From NCBI RefSeq assembly GCF_009914755.1, contig NC_060927.1: 64,000 bases of DNA; one strand, written 5' to 3'. Shown here one piece after another: positions 42,846 through 59,664 of this stretch. How positions within the stretch are numbered: the stretch's first letter is position 1; each line of letters opens with the position of its first letter. The notes beneath the pieces were generated by a model. The model was not told the origin of the DNA. It ran no database searches and saw only the letters and a program-made list of their open reading frames with translations. A program made the position numbers and the translations under genes. The DNA is from the human T2T-CHM13v2.0 reference genome, Homo sapiens.

Positions 42846-43366
42846 CCCCATTAGTGGGACCATCCAGTATACCACTCTGAACAGGCTGTGGCCAAAAGAA
42901 TCTCTTGATCTTGTATAATTATACCACATTCATAGGTCAGAGTAATCCTAAATAGGTATACTTTTCTAGCAAGAAAATATTGACATTTTGCTACTTAAGA
43001 CTACCCTTGTTTCATTGTAACTTACCAGTGCTAAGCTACACTTTCATTTCCCCAACAGGGATTCTTGAAGCTTGCAAGAGCATTGCAGCATGTTAAGGCA
43101 AAAATAGCTTTAAAATATTAAGAACCATATTCTGGGGTGAAAGATGAGACACAGATTTTGTGTCACAAGAAACGGACTAAACACTGCCTATCCCCACCAA
43201 GTGGGGAGAGAAGGAAAGACTAAAACTAGCATCTACTACTGTTTACTACATGCCAGACCCTAATTTTATGACATCATATGAATTTACTTTCCTCGAGCCC
43301 AGTACTAATAACTCCATCATCTTTTACTAATTGTGAAAAGAAAAAAATATCATGAAAGGTTTAAGT

Positions 43367-45575
<2,209 letters not shown>

Positions 45576-46720
45576 AATATCAACTACTAGTATCATAAGC
45601 TCTCTCAACTCACTATCTACACACAACCAGCTCTCAAGGCCGCCTTAGTTCTGCTATTCCTCTCCAGGAATGATGAGTAAAACAGCCAATTAGGCTCTTC
45701 CTGGAACACTTTCTATATCCGCAAAATGATCCAAGAATTTGAATTTTTATGTGCAACATTCAGACAATCTCTTGTGATCCTGGGAGACTGCTTCTGCTGG
45801 GGAGGTTGGCAGGAAAGAGATTCTTCAAAAAACAAAAAATTATAATCTACCTAAATATCTTGGAGAAAACTGACGAGAAAACTGGAGATGCACTCTGTTC
45901 CTTGTTTATTAGAATGACTTTCCATCCAACCCTCAATGGGATGTGGGAAATGAAGAAAATCTTCAGGGTAACTTGATCCAAAATATCTTTCACTAGGTCT
46001 CTTGTTAAACTCAGATTATCCTAAACTGTATCTGTTTTCCACTTCTTAAAACCTATACATTTGCAGTAACTTCTTTTTGTGAATTTTATTAGTTTATTTT
46101 TTTCACTTCAAAAGGCAAATGTCCCAGGCTAAATACCTGAGATTTTTAAGGAGCCAGAAAGTCAATAGCCTCAAAGAATCCATACCTAAGTAATACTTGT
46201 ATCACAGAAGAGCAATATTTTGATGTTTGTACTCACAAACACATCTGTCAACACATCTAAGTGGTTTCCTAACATAATAAAACATGTACTTTAATGCAAG
46301 TTAAAGAAAAAAATTGTTCTATTAATATTTCCTAAATTAAATGCAAGTACAAATATCAGTTGGAGAAGTAACACATGCATATCTCAGAAGAAGTAACAAA
46401 GATACATGGTAAAAGTTAAGAAAATACATAACCTCAGGTGTGGACAAATCATGTTGAATGGCTCTGTGAACATTATTTAACCTCTTTGGAGCTCAGTCAT
46501 GACCGGATACTAAAGGACAAAGATGTAGTATCACACATATCAATATACCTTAAGTGAGGACAAATATAAGCCCACATTTCCCAAAGTCTTATTATTTATT
46601 TTGAGATTCAAAAGTATTCCGGATTGCTCCACTGTTGGCATTAGGTTCTGAGGAATTTAGAAGAGAAGGAAAAGTAAAAATATTTCACTCTGTTACAATC
46701 AATGGCAACACTGTCTCCAG

Positions 46721-47037
46721 CAGTGCTGTCCAATAGAGATATAACTCACATGAGCTATTTTAAGTTTCCTAGAGGTCACATTAAAAAAAGAAGAAATCTT
46801 AATATGCTATATATAATCCAACATAGCCAAAACATTCTTTCAACATATAATCATACAAAAATATTACTAATGAGATATCTTACATTTTTTATATTAAGTC
46901 CTCAAAATCCAATGGACATCTCCATTTGCACAAGCCACATTTCAAATGCTCCATAGCTCTTGTGATTATTGGCTATCATAATGAACAACACATACGTAGA
47001 ACACTTTCACCATCTCAGAAAGTTCTATTGAACAGTG
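46721..47037. mobile_element. hAT-Charlie MITE (MER33-like)
   Basis: Terminal inverted repeats CAGTGCTGTCCAATAGA ... TCTATTGAACAGTG. Confidence 0.75.
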
Positions 47038-48489
47038 TAGCTCCTAGGAATTAAGAACTTAAAATTAAGAAAATAATTGCACCTAGTTTGAAAAGCATGG
47101 CCTGAGGGCCAGAAGCCAGCTCTTAGGTATCCTCAGCTCTTCCTATATGCCAGCCTCTGTGCCTAATAAGCTCATCAACTTATTGAAGCTCAAACTTTCC
47201 CATCTACAACTTGCACATCAAAAAAATAAAATGAGGGGCTCAAAACTGCTGATCCCCAAGGTAGCTCCCTTTCAGCTCTCACAGCATCTGGCACAACTGC
47301 TATGGAAATCTGCATGAACAGTATTAACTGACCTTAAAAGGAAGGCTCTTTTCAAAAGGAACACATAGACAGCATTTTGTATTTCAATGTTATCTCCATT
47401 GTATCTTAAGAGGAGCACAGAAACATTTGGCTTGAACTTAGCTTTTTCTTTCCCTTTCTGTTTATCAGTGTTTTCCCTGGCAGATATCGGCAGAGAGCCC
47501 AGGAGAAGTTCTCCCTTGAAGCTTATCCAGGAGTTTCCTGGTAGCACATTGCTATCACTTAGGAGTTCAAGGTCAAACCAACCAGCCTCTTTTCTCCTCC
47601 TTAAGTTGGCAAAAGAAATGACATCTTCCCAAAATGCTTATTATAAGAAGAAAATATATGGTTAAACCATTCAATTAACTCACAAATTTATGGAAGGCAT
47701 GCCACCGTGTGTATCCAAATCTGGTGAATTCAAATGTATATGTTCAGCCAGGAAAAAAATTCCTTTACAAAGACTGCCAACTACCCTACCCACCATTACA
47801 CTCTGTGAGCATATGTGCCACAGAGGGAGCAACTGGTCTCATTTTCCTCAATATGTTAATATATTTTTGCCCTGAGTATTATCTGGTCTTTTAAATAAAA
47901 TTATTTTTCATGCACATGGCCCCTAAACTCAGCCATGTACTTTATTGCCTATTTAAGGGATTATTAAGAGTATTTTGACTGTACACAGTTTTTGCCTTTA
48001 GACTGGTATCTCCTACATGAGATGCAAATGTAAGTGCCAGATTTTATGTGATGTGTTATCCAAGATGACCCCTTGAAGCTGAAACTGTGGTAGGCAAGAC
48101 AAAGGCATGTACACAGACAACTTCAAAATTTGGCAGAAAACCCTAGTATAATATACATTAGTTAAAAGGAAATATGAAACCCCAAAAAAGAAATAAATAT
48201 TTCTGCCAGGTCAAGGGGAAAATATCATGGAAGTCCTTTTAAGAAGGTAAAATTTGTTATAGGTCCTCAAAGAGAAGGATTGCAAAGAACAGGAATAGGC
48301 TAAAGTAACTTTATGCCCCGAAGGAAATCACATAAATACATTCATGAAAATGAGAAGTTACAGTATTGCTGAAGAAATAGACACTATTCCAGTTTGACCA
48401 ATATGTAGGAAGCATTAAAAGAAAAAGTGGGGAAATTAGTGTGGAAGTATAGCCTTCAACCTAATCCTAAAAAGCTTAGTCATGGTAGA

Positions 48490-49085
48490 ATAAGGTGTGA
48501 TTACAAGTCCCAATGTGCATAATGGCTCAAAAAAAATAAATATTTGTTTTTTATTCATGTAACTGTCCCCAGCAAAATTTCCTAAGTTTGGCAGGTGCCT
48601 CTCCTCCACATGGTGATTCAAGGACCTAGGCTCCTTCCTCTTCTGGTTCCACATCCTTAAGGGCAGGGGTGAGCAAATAAGTATGGCCTGGTTTTGTACC
48701 TCAGTGAGCTAAGAATGACTTTTATTTTTTTAAAGGTTGTAAAAAAAAATGAATAAAACTTAAAAAGGTTTGTATTGACAGAGACAATTCTGTAATATTC
48801 ACTGCAAATATTTACCATCTGATTCTTTTCAGAAAAAGCTTGGCAACTCCTGCCTTAAGGCCTCATTGTCTTCCATATCTGGCAGACAAAAAGAAAAATA
48901 GTGTGAAGGGGCCTCAGTCCCTTCTTAAAAGCCTCACTCCAAAATGACACACATCACTTCTGCTTTTCTTCCATTGGCTGGAACTCAGTCACATGGTCAC
49001 TGCAAATTTTAAAGAAGGCAGGGAAATGTATCCAGCTGTGTGTCTAGGAAGGAAAGGAAACTGGTTTTTGGTGAGGTTATCAGTC
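48490..49085. mobile_element. Old MLT1-like LTR with a nested MER58-like hAT element (48664-48852)
   Basis: CAGGGGTGAGCAAA...TTGGCAACTCCTG termini flanked by CCTTAAGG on both sides; MLT1-like AGTCACATGGTCACTGC outside the insert. Confidence 0.65.
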
Positions 49086-49495
49086 TCTGAATACCCTATT
49101 AATGGGTTTAGATTGTCTTCAAAAGACAATGAGGAACAAACCATGAGAGAATTCTGAAAACAGAATTGACAAGACAAAATTGTTTAAGAGCATCTCCTTA
49201 CAATAGTAAATAAAGAGCTACCTGCAGGAAGCATAACTCAGTATCAAGTCACTGAGGCACTATCACAGACTTACGAGCACCTGGCAAACGGCCCAGAACA
49301 ATTTTTAAAAGTCACCTATTTGTCAATTAAACTTCACCACAAGTCAATTAGCATGGTGATTTTTATGCTCCAGAGAGAACAGGCTATAATGAACAGTCAG
49401 GAGTTGTGAGGACTCACAATAACAGTAATTCTTTATGGGATGGTATGTGAAAAATATCAACAGCATAACATAAATTTTAAAATAAATTTCTTTCT

Positions 49496-49844
<349 letters not shown>

Positions 49845-49899
49845 TTATAGGGACCTGGAAGTTTAAAACCAAACTTTTTCTTCACTCTGTTATGAAATA

Positions 49900-50135
49900 A
49901 ACAAGCTTTGAAATCAGAATGACCTCAGTTCTAATGCTGATTCTGAAACTAGCTGTGTGAGTAGAAAAATCACTTAGTGTCTTTGATTTTTTCATTTCAT
50001 CATCAGTAAAGTAGAGATTTTAAAAAGAAAATTGTTCTTGCAAACTGTTATAAGGTTTAATAATGATATACATAAGACAGCTGACCCAGTGCCTGGCACA
50101 GAATAAACCCTCAAAAAATTTTAACTACTATCATT
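49900..50135 (+). mobile_element. MIR
   Basis: CAGTGCCTGGCACAGAATAAACCCTCAA 3' end. Confidence 0.7.
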
Positions 50136-50769
50136 ACTATTGTCATTATTATGCCTATTTAAAGCCTCTTTTGAACAAAAACAAAGTCATTTGTATCCTA
50201 AAATGACTTGCAAATAACACATAATTAACAAACACACTAAAATATGTGGTTATAACTTGCTTTTTCATTTCAAATTTATAAGAGAGGAAGCAGAAGTTCA
50301 AAAAGCAATTTCCTTAATTAAAAAGAATCTGATGTTTAATTCACAAACAAGGTTTTATAGCCATTAAACTGGAACCAGTCCATTACTTATACACCTTTGT
50401 GGTTTTTTCAAAACACTTTACCTTTAAACACTTTGAACCTAATGGATCCTGGATGAAGGTGCAGGTAGAGTCATTTCCCGTGATGAAATACCTGCATTAG
50501 TCACGAGTCATTATTTAGTAAAGACAGGAAATAAACAAAGATGCATATGAAACAAAATCATTCTGTGACCTCCACCTGAGGCTTTTTGCTTTGTGACAAA
50601 ATCAAATAATCGACTTATTTAAAAATTATGTATTATTAACTTTCTAATTGAGGCATCTGGTAGACATTTCGTGAAGATTTTTTGCTATTTAATTAATTAA
50701 GGGTGGATGTGGTCCTGTGGTTTGTAACTATTCTTAAAGATCTCTGTCATCTTCTTTTAAAGCTGAGAT

Positions 50770-51245
50770 GCCCACCTTAAGTTGGGTTCCCTCAGAAGCA
50801 AACAGGCCTGAGGCAAGAATTTGAATGCAAATAGTTTTTTCAATGGCTACCCCAAGAAGAACCAGAAGGAAAGCCAGGAAGCAAGATGGGAAAAGGAAAA
50901 AAAAAGAAATTCACCAAATTTTGATGAGCAAGTTACAACTTTAGGAAAGTAGGGCTCAATCTCGCTGGGAATCTCTGGGAAACAGTAGAGAACATGCCTC
51001 GGGGTTGTTCCACCTGAGGGGAACCAGGGTATTTATCAATTGGCTCCTATTTGCTGCAGGTTGAAGGCTACACCTGAGCGTGTTAATACTCTGGCACTCT
51101 ATCTAGCCTGCCTACGTAGGCCGAGAACACTCCTACAGCCAGAGAAAGCCTCCTGGTGGTACCAAGGAGGTATAGGTGAGGCACAGACAATGTCTGCTGA
51201 AATAGCCAAGGAGAAGGGTCTGTGGGCCAAGTGTTACCATCATCA
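50770..51245. mobile_element. Old ERVL LTR (LTR33-like)
   Basis: GTTGGGTTCCCTCAGAAGCA...CCTGAGGCAAGAATTTGAATGCAAATAGTTT motif. Confidence 0.5.
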
Positions 51246-51314
51246 CTGATACTTTACCCAAGAGGAAATATTTTACTTCTACCCTAAAGCATACTAGAAA
51301 TTCTGATTGCCCTC

Positions 51315-51806
51315 TGTATCAGGGTTCTCCAGAGAAACAGAGCCAATAGGATGTATATATTAAAAACAGGTTTATTTTAAGAAATCGGCTTATGTGATTA
51401 TGGAGTCTGACAAGTCCCAAGATCCATGGGGTGAGCTGGCAAGCTGCAGGCCCAGAAGAACCAGTGGCGTAGTTCCAGTCAGAAGGTGGCAGGCTCAAGA
51501 CCCAATAAGAACTTACGTTGCAGTTGGAGTCTAAGGTCAGCAGGAAAAAAAGCTGATGTTTCAGTTCAAAGGCCATCAGGCAGGAAGAATTCTCCCTCAC
51601 TTGAGGGTTGGTCAGCCTTTTTGTTCTACTTGGGCTTTCAACTGACTGGATGAGACCTACCCAAATATGGAAGGGCAATCTCCTTTATTCAGTCTACTGA
51701 TTTAAATGGCAATCTCATCCCAAAACACCATCACAGAAACATCCAGAATAACGTTTGACCAAATATTAACAATATTGACAATTAACACTTAAAACTAACC
51801 ATCACA
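51315..51806 (-). mobile_element. MLT2B-like ERVL solo LTR
   Basis: TGTATCAGGGTTCTCCAGAGAAACAGA...AACCATCACA termini. Confidence 0.8.
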
Positions 51807-52714
51807 CCCCTTTAGTGAATGGAGCAATCAGTGTTTTTCAGATTGAGAACTCAAAATACTTAAACTGCTTCATGCTTTCACATGAGACAAAAACTAAACC
51901 AAGGGAGACAAATACAAAAGAGAATGTCCAAACTTGTCCCCACTGATGAAAACAATAGCTGTATTTTGTGCTCAAATCTGTCAGTCACATATTCAGCCCT
52001 GCTGGCCTTTGGGTCAGGTATCACAGATCTGCAGGCATGGATGCTCACTTCAAGGAGCCCTGGATGAACAACCGTGGGAAGGGAGATCAAAGTGCACACA
52101 TCCTTTCCTTACGATATGAAAGAGAAGTTTCCATAATGAAGCAAGAAATGCAGAGGCCAGCCTGCTTTGCAGATAAACCATTTCAGAATCAGTGTCCTAA
52201 ATAACCCTGAAATTTGAATTCCCAAAAACATATTAAGTGATACTTCCAAATCTAGTTAATGACTGATGTTTTTCCTGTTCTGAATCAATAAGATTTTACT
52301 TTTCTAAACATTAACTGTTCTACCACAATAATCTCTGATACTCCTTGTTAAAACCTAAAGGTCAAAGGAATCAAATCATGACTCCTCACCTTTAAGGAGT
52401 ATATTCTTAGTGAAAAGCAAAATGAATGAGCAGTTGCTTCGCTTTGGATAGATGTATGTCAGCAACCACACCACCCCATGGAAAATTTCACAAGCTACAT
52501 GTGATAAATATACAGTATGTCACTTGTGATTATGGTGTGTTTTAATAATAAAAACTAATATATTTTGTAACACAAATAATATTTTTGTCCAAAAAGAAGA
52601 TGTGATTTTTTGCAGGGAGGGAGGAATTTGGAGTTTTTAGGGTTTTTTAAAATTGTTATTATTATTATTATTATTACCTAGTTGTCAGATAAGAAGAAGA
52701 AATTACCCAGACAC

Positions 52715-53690
52715 TCTTGCGGGCCCTGGGGATATAAGAGAAAATAAAACAGATAAAAAAAAATCCATGTTCTCATGGAATTTGCATCCAGGAGTAAGGG
52801 AGAGGAGATAGAAGAAAATAACTAAAATATAAATAAGCGCTTGAGAAAGGTAAAACAGTGAGGGGAACAGCAGGAGAGGACCTGCTAAGTCCAGGGGAGG
52901 CTGGCTGGCCAGGGACCTGGAGCAAACACTTTGAAGGCAGGGGGAACAGCGAGTGCAAAGGCCCTGAGGAGCAATATGCCTGGCTGGTCAAGAACCAGGA
53001 AAGAGGCCAGCGTGACCCGGTCGGGATGAACCAGGGAGAGAGCAATAGTTAGTGAGGTCAACTGGGGTGAGGGGCAGTGGCCATTTCATGTCAGGCCTTC
53101 CAAGCCATCATAAGGACCTTGGCTTTTACCCCAGCTAAAATTAGGCACAGATTCCAGCAGAGATATGTCTTATGTTTGAACAGGATCTGTTGGTGGCTGT
53201 GCCGAAAGCAGAGTCATGAAGGGCAAAGAAAGCAGCAGGGAGACCAATAAGGAGGCTAGGGAAGTGACCCAGCCAGGGGAAGACAGCGCTTGACTCCAGG
53301 GTGATAACAGTGCATTTGGTGAAAATAGTGAAATTCTAGATATATTTTAAAGCTGAAGGCAATATAACTTGCTGGCAGAACCAAGGTAGTAGGTAAAGTA
53401 AATACAGGACTCATAGGCCCTCTAAAATTGTAGGTTGAGCAACTGGAAGAAGGTGTATGCCATCTACTGATATAGGGAGGTCTAGGGAAGGAGGAAGTTC
53501 CAACTCAGGCAGGAACATATTAGTTATGGGGCTTTTATTAATTGTTTGAGTAGAAAATCAAGCCAATTAGTCAGATGTACGGGTCTAGAGATCAGAGGAG
53601 GGGTCTGTATTGCAGATATGATCTGAGGAGTGACCTCTGTAGAGATGGTATCTAAGGCTGAAAAAGGTTGAGGTCACCAAAAAAGAACAC
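52715..53690 (-). mobile_element. L2 fragment
   Basis: GGCAGGGGGAACAGCGAGTGCAAAGGCCCTGAGG and GGGAGACCAATAAGGAGGCT, typical antisense L2 text. Confidence 0.8.
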
Positions 53691-53842
53691 TTACAGACGA
53701 AAAAAAAAAAGCAATTTGGATAGAAAAAAGTTACTGAAAACAGTGTGTGACTGAAAAAGCATCACTTTTCCACTTTACATTCACCTTTAGTTATTAGAAA
53801 GAGACTTTGGAAAAACAAAATAGACATAAAAGCTCAATGAAG

Positions 53843-54140
53843 GGCTGGGTGCGGTGGCTCACGCCTGTAATCCCAGCACTTTGGGAGGCCAAGGCGGGCA
53901 GATCATGAGGTCAGGAGATCGAGACCATCCTGGCTAACACGGTGAAACCCCGTCTCTACTAAAAACACAAAAAAATTGGCCAGGTGTGGTGGCAGGCACC
54001 TGTAGTCCCAGCTACTCAGGAGGCTGAGGCAGGAGAATGGCGTGAACCTGGGAGGCAGAGCTTGCAGTGAGCCAAGATCGTGCCACTGCACTCCAGCCTA
54101 GGTGACAGAGGGAGACTCTGTCTTAAAAAAAAAAAAAAAA
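53843..54140 (+). mobile_element. AluY-like SINE
   Basis: GAGATCGAGACCATCCTGGCTAACACGG and GAATGGCGTGAACC diagnostics; TSD CTCAATGAA. Confidence 0.9.
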
Positions 54141-54146
54141 GCCTCA

Positions 54147-54665
<519 letters not shown>

Positions 54666-55008
54666 CTATATACGAATATCCCATTATTCAATTAACCAGC
54701 TCCTCTTGATGTTGGACCTTTAGAGTATTTTCAGTTTGTCACTATTATGCATAACACTGCAATCTTGTTTATGCAAATAAATCTGTTTATGAATTTCTGA
54801 TGTTTTCCTTATGACACTCCTATAAGCAGAATTTCTTAGTTGAATGGGGTGTACATTTTAATGGTTTCTGATATACAGTGCTGAATTGCTCTCAAGAAAG
54901 GTTGCACTAATTCACACTCATAGAATTCCTTTTTCCTACCCCCTTGCGCTAAGAAGGTAGTCAAATATTTAGCTTTGTAAACTTGAAAGATTAAAAATGG
55001 CATTCCAT

Positions 55009-55240
55009 GGCCAAGCGCAGTGGCTCACACACTTTTGGAGGCTGAGGCGGGCGGATCACTTGAGGTCAGGAGTTCAAGACCAGCCTGGCCAACATGGTGA
55101 AACCCCATCTCTACTAAAAATACAAAAATTAGCTGGAAATTGCTTGTACCCGGGAGGCAGAGGTTGCAGTGAGCCAAGATTGTGCCATTGCACTCCAGCC
55201 TGGGCAACAGAGTGAGACTTCATCTCAAAAAAACAAAAAG
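55009..55240 (+). mobile_element. Internally deleted AluS within an old antisense L1M fragment (~54600-55430)
   Basis: Lacks the first CCTGTAATCCCAG and the start of the right arm; degenerate TSD GGCATT(C/T)CA. Confidence 0.85.
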
Positions 55241-55585
55241 GCATTTCAATATTTCAATGCTATTTTATTCTTTATTTCTAGAGAAGTTAAAGAAATTTCA
55301 TATTTTATGGGCTCTAAATTTACCTTTCTATGAATTACTTTGCTTATATAAATTACTTGCTCATATCCTTTGTCCATTTTTCTAAGGAAGTGTTAATCTT
55401 TTTCTTACTGGCTTATAAATATGTTAATGATAAAAAGTTCATTTTTGTTTTGGTTTTCTGAATTATTTTATGAAAAAAAAGGAAAGAAAAAAAATCAAGG
55501 TTTCTTCCAGATTCTGATATAAACACCAGAAAGTATAATGTTATACCCCAAACTCAGTCTAAATTGAAGTGCCAGGAGCTCTAAG

Positions 55586-56730
55586 ATAGTGTTTCTCAAA
55601 AGGTGATTCTTAGAGTACCTGAACCAACATTTCCTAGGAACCTTGTTTAAAAATGTAGATTTCTGGATACCAACACAAACCTACGAAATGAAAATTGCAG
55701 GGAAGAGGGCACATTGAAAATTTGCTTCTTTGACAAGTATTTCAGATGAAGTATTTTGCACAATAAAGTTGGGAAGCCACTTGCAGCAGGTAGAAGGGGT
55801 ACTAGAACTAGCTCTCAGAACTTTAAGACCATTAATTAAGTTAGAGGTCAACTGCATCAGGGCCTGTAATGCTGCTCTGGACTAATTCACCTTAGGGACC
55901 TTCTCAGAATCCACAGTATTAGCCAGGAATGGGGAGTGACCTAATGAATATTATGGTAGCCCCTGCCATTATATAACAAGTTATACAAGCACTTACTCTA
56001 GCTACAGAGGTGATGCACAAATCTTCACACAGCACCAGAAAGACCGTTTGGAACACAATCAAACATGCCAAGAAGCAAGCAGTATCGTGTTTAAAACACA
56101 AGTTACTCCTGCAAATTTCCCCAGAATCTATAGATAACTAGGACAAATGCCATTTTCCTCCCTAATACAATATACCACAAATTATTTTTAATTAAAAAAA
56201 TGCCAGACATCGTTTTTGCCCTGACTCATAATTTCATGTCCCACCTTTTTTTCTGAGGTCATTTCTGCAGCAACCAACTGTGGGCAAGGAATCTTCGACA
56301 ACACTCCTTCTGGCACGGCTTTGCTATGAGAGATGCTTGCCAGAGGCTGCCAAAAGAAACTTGAAAACACAGGAGTTAACTCTCATAAGGAAGTGGTTCT
56401 TAAAGTGTGACCCCTGAACTAACAGCCTCAGCATCACTTTAGAACTTGCGAGAAATGCACATCTCCAGCCCTAGGTCAGCCCTACTGAATCAGAAACTCC
56501 AAGGCAGGATCAGCAATCTGTGGCTTCACAAGCTCTGCAGATGATCGGATGGACTAAGGTGGAGATCCAAGAGGTGCAGCAGAGTCACCCGGAGGTGAAA
56601 GCAGAGTGCTGCCCCCACCCCCTCCTTAGGGCTTTGATTTGCAGGCCTGGGGTAACACCCAAAAATCTGCATTTTCAAAAGGTTCCCGGGTGATTCCCAT
56701 GCTGCTGGTCTAAGACCACATTTTGAGAAA
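55586..56730. mobile_element. Cluster of MER5-type hAT fossils (~55586-55785 and ~56390-56730)
   Basis: AGTGTTTCTCAAA and AGTGGTTCTTAAAGTGTG starts; CCTACTGAATCAGAAACTC; ACCACATTTTGAGAAA. Confidence 0.7.
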
Positions 56731-59015
56731 ACCTGGCCTGGGAAAACCATTAGCCAGTGCAGACCAGGCATTGGGTAGGCAGGTGGGCAAATGAGTCTGT
56801 CTTCCACTTCTCAGTGAACAGTCATGAGACACAGTCTATCAGATTCCTGCAAGGTCCTAATACAGTTGAATTCGGATTGCCCCCAGCAGTAACCAGTTTA
56901 ATCACATGCCCTTAGTATGGCTCTACTTCCTTCTGTTTCACTTTTCCAAGCCCCATGCTCCAATTCCCTAGGGTCACTTCCCAAAATCAACAACCTCCAC
57001 TAGTTCTTGTCTCATGTTCTGCTTTTTGGAGGATCTGATGCTGAACAGAACCTATTTCATAAACCTCAGCCCACAAGCTTACTATCCCACAGATTTCAAT
57101 CCATCTTGTGAGGCCCACTTGCTCAGTGTGCAGCTCGCTCCCCTTTTAATTCAACAAGTCCTCACATTCATTTTCTTTGTTTTTTCTGATACTCAGTAAG
57201 AGCATCCCATCTTCTGCCAGAACCACCCTTCATTGTGCCTCGAGAGTATTTTTTTTCTGTTTTTATTCCAAAATGAACACCTTCTATCCTAAATATTCCT
57301 CAAAAGCAATACCCATGGCAGGATCATGTGAACATGCCACCAAAATATAGTGTCCTATGACATGTGATGGCCATGGGGCTGCTGATTAAGAAGACAGCAA
57401 AACCCTAAGTTTCACCGGCGAACTCCTTGTCCCCAGATATCCTCATCTCCTAGGATTCCAAGAAGAGCCCTTGGATAGGATTCGGAAACAAAATGAATTT
57501 TAATTAAACCAAGGTCTTCTATGGCCAAGAATAAAATGCACGAGTATCGTCAAAAAGAAAAACAACAGAAAGGTTGCCACAGCTGAAAAGGGAAAACCAA
57601 GCAGAAGTGTTTCCCCTACCAGGCCTGCTGAGAACTTTTACAGCCTACTTTAAAACTGTTCAGATGAAAGACACAGATCAGAAAAAAGTCTTCAAGTATA
57701 TTTCTCTTTTCTTCCTCTAGCCAGATTGTTTTTTTAAAACACAGTGTAGTGAAAGAAATAAGATTAATCAAAAAGAGTTGCTGGGAAGAAAAATAATAAA
57801 GCTCGTAGGTTGTTGTTGTTTAGTACAAAACAAAAAAAGAGATTGTGCTATAAAACAGAGGCCTGGTTGCTGCAGGGTGGGGGTTTGGGTGCAGGGGAAG
57901 ACGTTCAGGAAGGCTAAATACGAACAGGAGACTGTACCTGTTGGGAGGAGAATATACTCAGTAATTTATAGAGTCCTGATGTGAGATAAGTCATCTTACT
58001 TTTGATGTGGTTTGTGCCTAACTCATTTATTACGAAAAATGATTGGAAACCCAGAGCATTTGATTTATTTATCTAGCAACTGGCTAAAGCCCAAAACTAA
58101 CCCAGAGAGCAAACAGCAATAAGAAAGCCATCTATCTTCTTGAATTAAACACTTGCTACCAAATCATAAAAATTTGTCCTTTATCCAATCTATGTCCAAG
58201 ATCAATCATAAAAGGTCATGCCTTGGGAATAAGGTGACTTGAAGCTTTCAACTAAATTTCTAGGCTTCTGTGAATTTGAGCTTCAACCTTCAAAGACAGC
58301 AGGGCATGGAGTTTGGCAGCAAACGATCCAATCATCTTAAATGCTGATGTAAAAATTGTGATTCGCTTGATTTAAAACACTGTTTTACTGTGAATGTTTC
58401 AAGTTTTGTTTGGATTCTGGTTTTTAATACCTACTGATAAGTATGCAGAAAGAGATACTTTGGGACTTTTATTGCCATATTGCCTATTACTGCTTCTGTG
58501 TTTAAAAAATCTGCTTATTGCAAGCAGGGTACAGTCATTTTATGCATATTGGGTTTAATTTTCTACTAAGCAAATAAAAATGCCTTCATGTAATTTACAG
58601 ATCTTCTTTTTCTCAAATATTGTATGTGTACTTTGATTTCTAGTGCTGTCTGAATGACCCCATGCTGAAAGGATTTCATTTTGCATTTCCAAAATATATA
58701 TACAGAACCCATTAAAGGAAAGAAATGTAAGCCACAATTTATATAGGAAAGAAAATGCTCCAATCATAACCCAATGATTTTATATAACCAATATGTTCCT
58801 CTATGACTACAAAATGAGGTCACATTTTCTTTTGTATAGTCAAACTATTATACCAAAGTTCTTTCCTGATTGCTAGAAGCTGGCTACCACTCACACTGTC
58901 TTCCCCAGATGATCTTCAGCTGTTTCTGAGACTGTCCCAGGACACAACCTGTGCGTTCAGAAACAAACCCTCCATCCTAATTCTCCCCTCTTCTACTGTC
59001 TTTGTCATTCAGCCT

Positions 59016-59129
59016 CTACTGCCAATGACCTGCTATATATCAGCAATCCACACGACATGGCTGTCCTCTGCTACTGCCAATGACCTGCTATATATCAGCA
59101 ATCCACACGACATGGCTGTCCTCTGCTAC
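59016..59129. repeat. Perfect 55-bp tandem duplication
   Basis: CTACTGCCAATGACCTGCTATATATCAGCAATCCACACGACATGGCTGTCCTCTG twice, followed by CTAC. Confidence 0.97.
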
Positions 59130-59218
59130 CTACTGCTGCTAAGACCAGCCCTCCGGCCTTATCTCAGGGGACCCTGGCTTTCCTGTCCTGCTCCATAGCA
59201 AGCATAGGCAAAGGCTTC

Positions 59219-59664
59219 TGTTGAACTCTGCAAAATGTCAAGAGACAGTTCATTAATAAAACAAAGCTAAGTTTATTCCAGCTCACTACAGTAAGGGAGA
59301 ACATCATCTTAACGGAAGTAGAGTATTTACAGGGATTGGAGTCTGGTCTAAAGGGGTTTAAGGCCCGTCCCTCAAGGTGTGAAACTGGGATTGGGCAAAG
59401 TCTGTGACCTAATAGTTTAGGACTGGTGGATACAGAGGTGAGAGTCTGGAAGCAAATCTTGATAACTCAATTGTTGTTTGATAAGTGAGCTGTTTGCCCT
59501 CATAACCACACAGCTGGTTCTGATAAATTGATCAGGAATTTTCCGAAGCAAACAGGTTATTTATTGGTGCAATATCTTATCGTTCCTAGACAAAGGTCTC
59601 CTGGAACAAATAACTAAGTCATGTTAACATAGGTGGACTAGCACCGTATCATGTCTTGTTGACA
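59219..59664 (-). mobile_element. ERV1 solo LTR (MER31/MER67-like; uncertain)
   Basis: TGTTGA...TTGACA termini, TTTATT near the left end, 4-bp flanks CTTC/CCTC. Confidence 0.65.

Noticed and set aside
47272-47665. Overlapping 91/92-aa ORFs in unique DNA as an exon
   Set aside because: No recognisable protein similarity or convincing splice-site pair.
57845-57900. TATAAAA as a promoter
   Set aside because: No CpG island, exon or ORF support.
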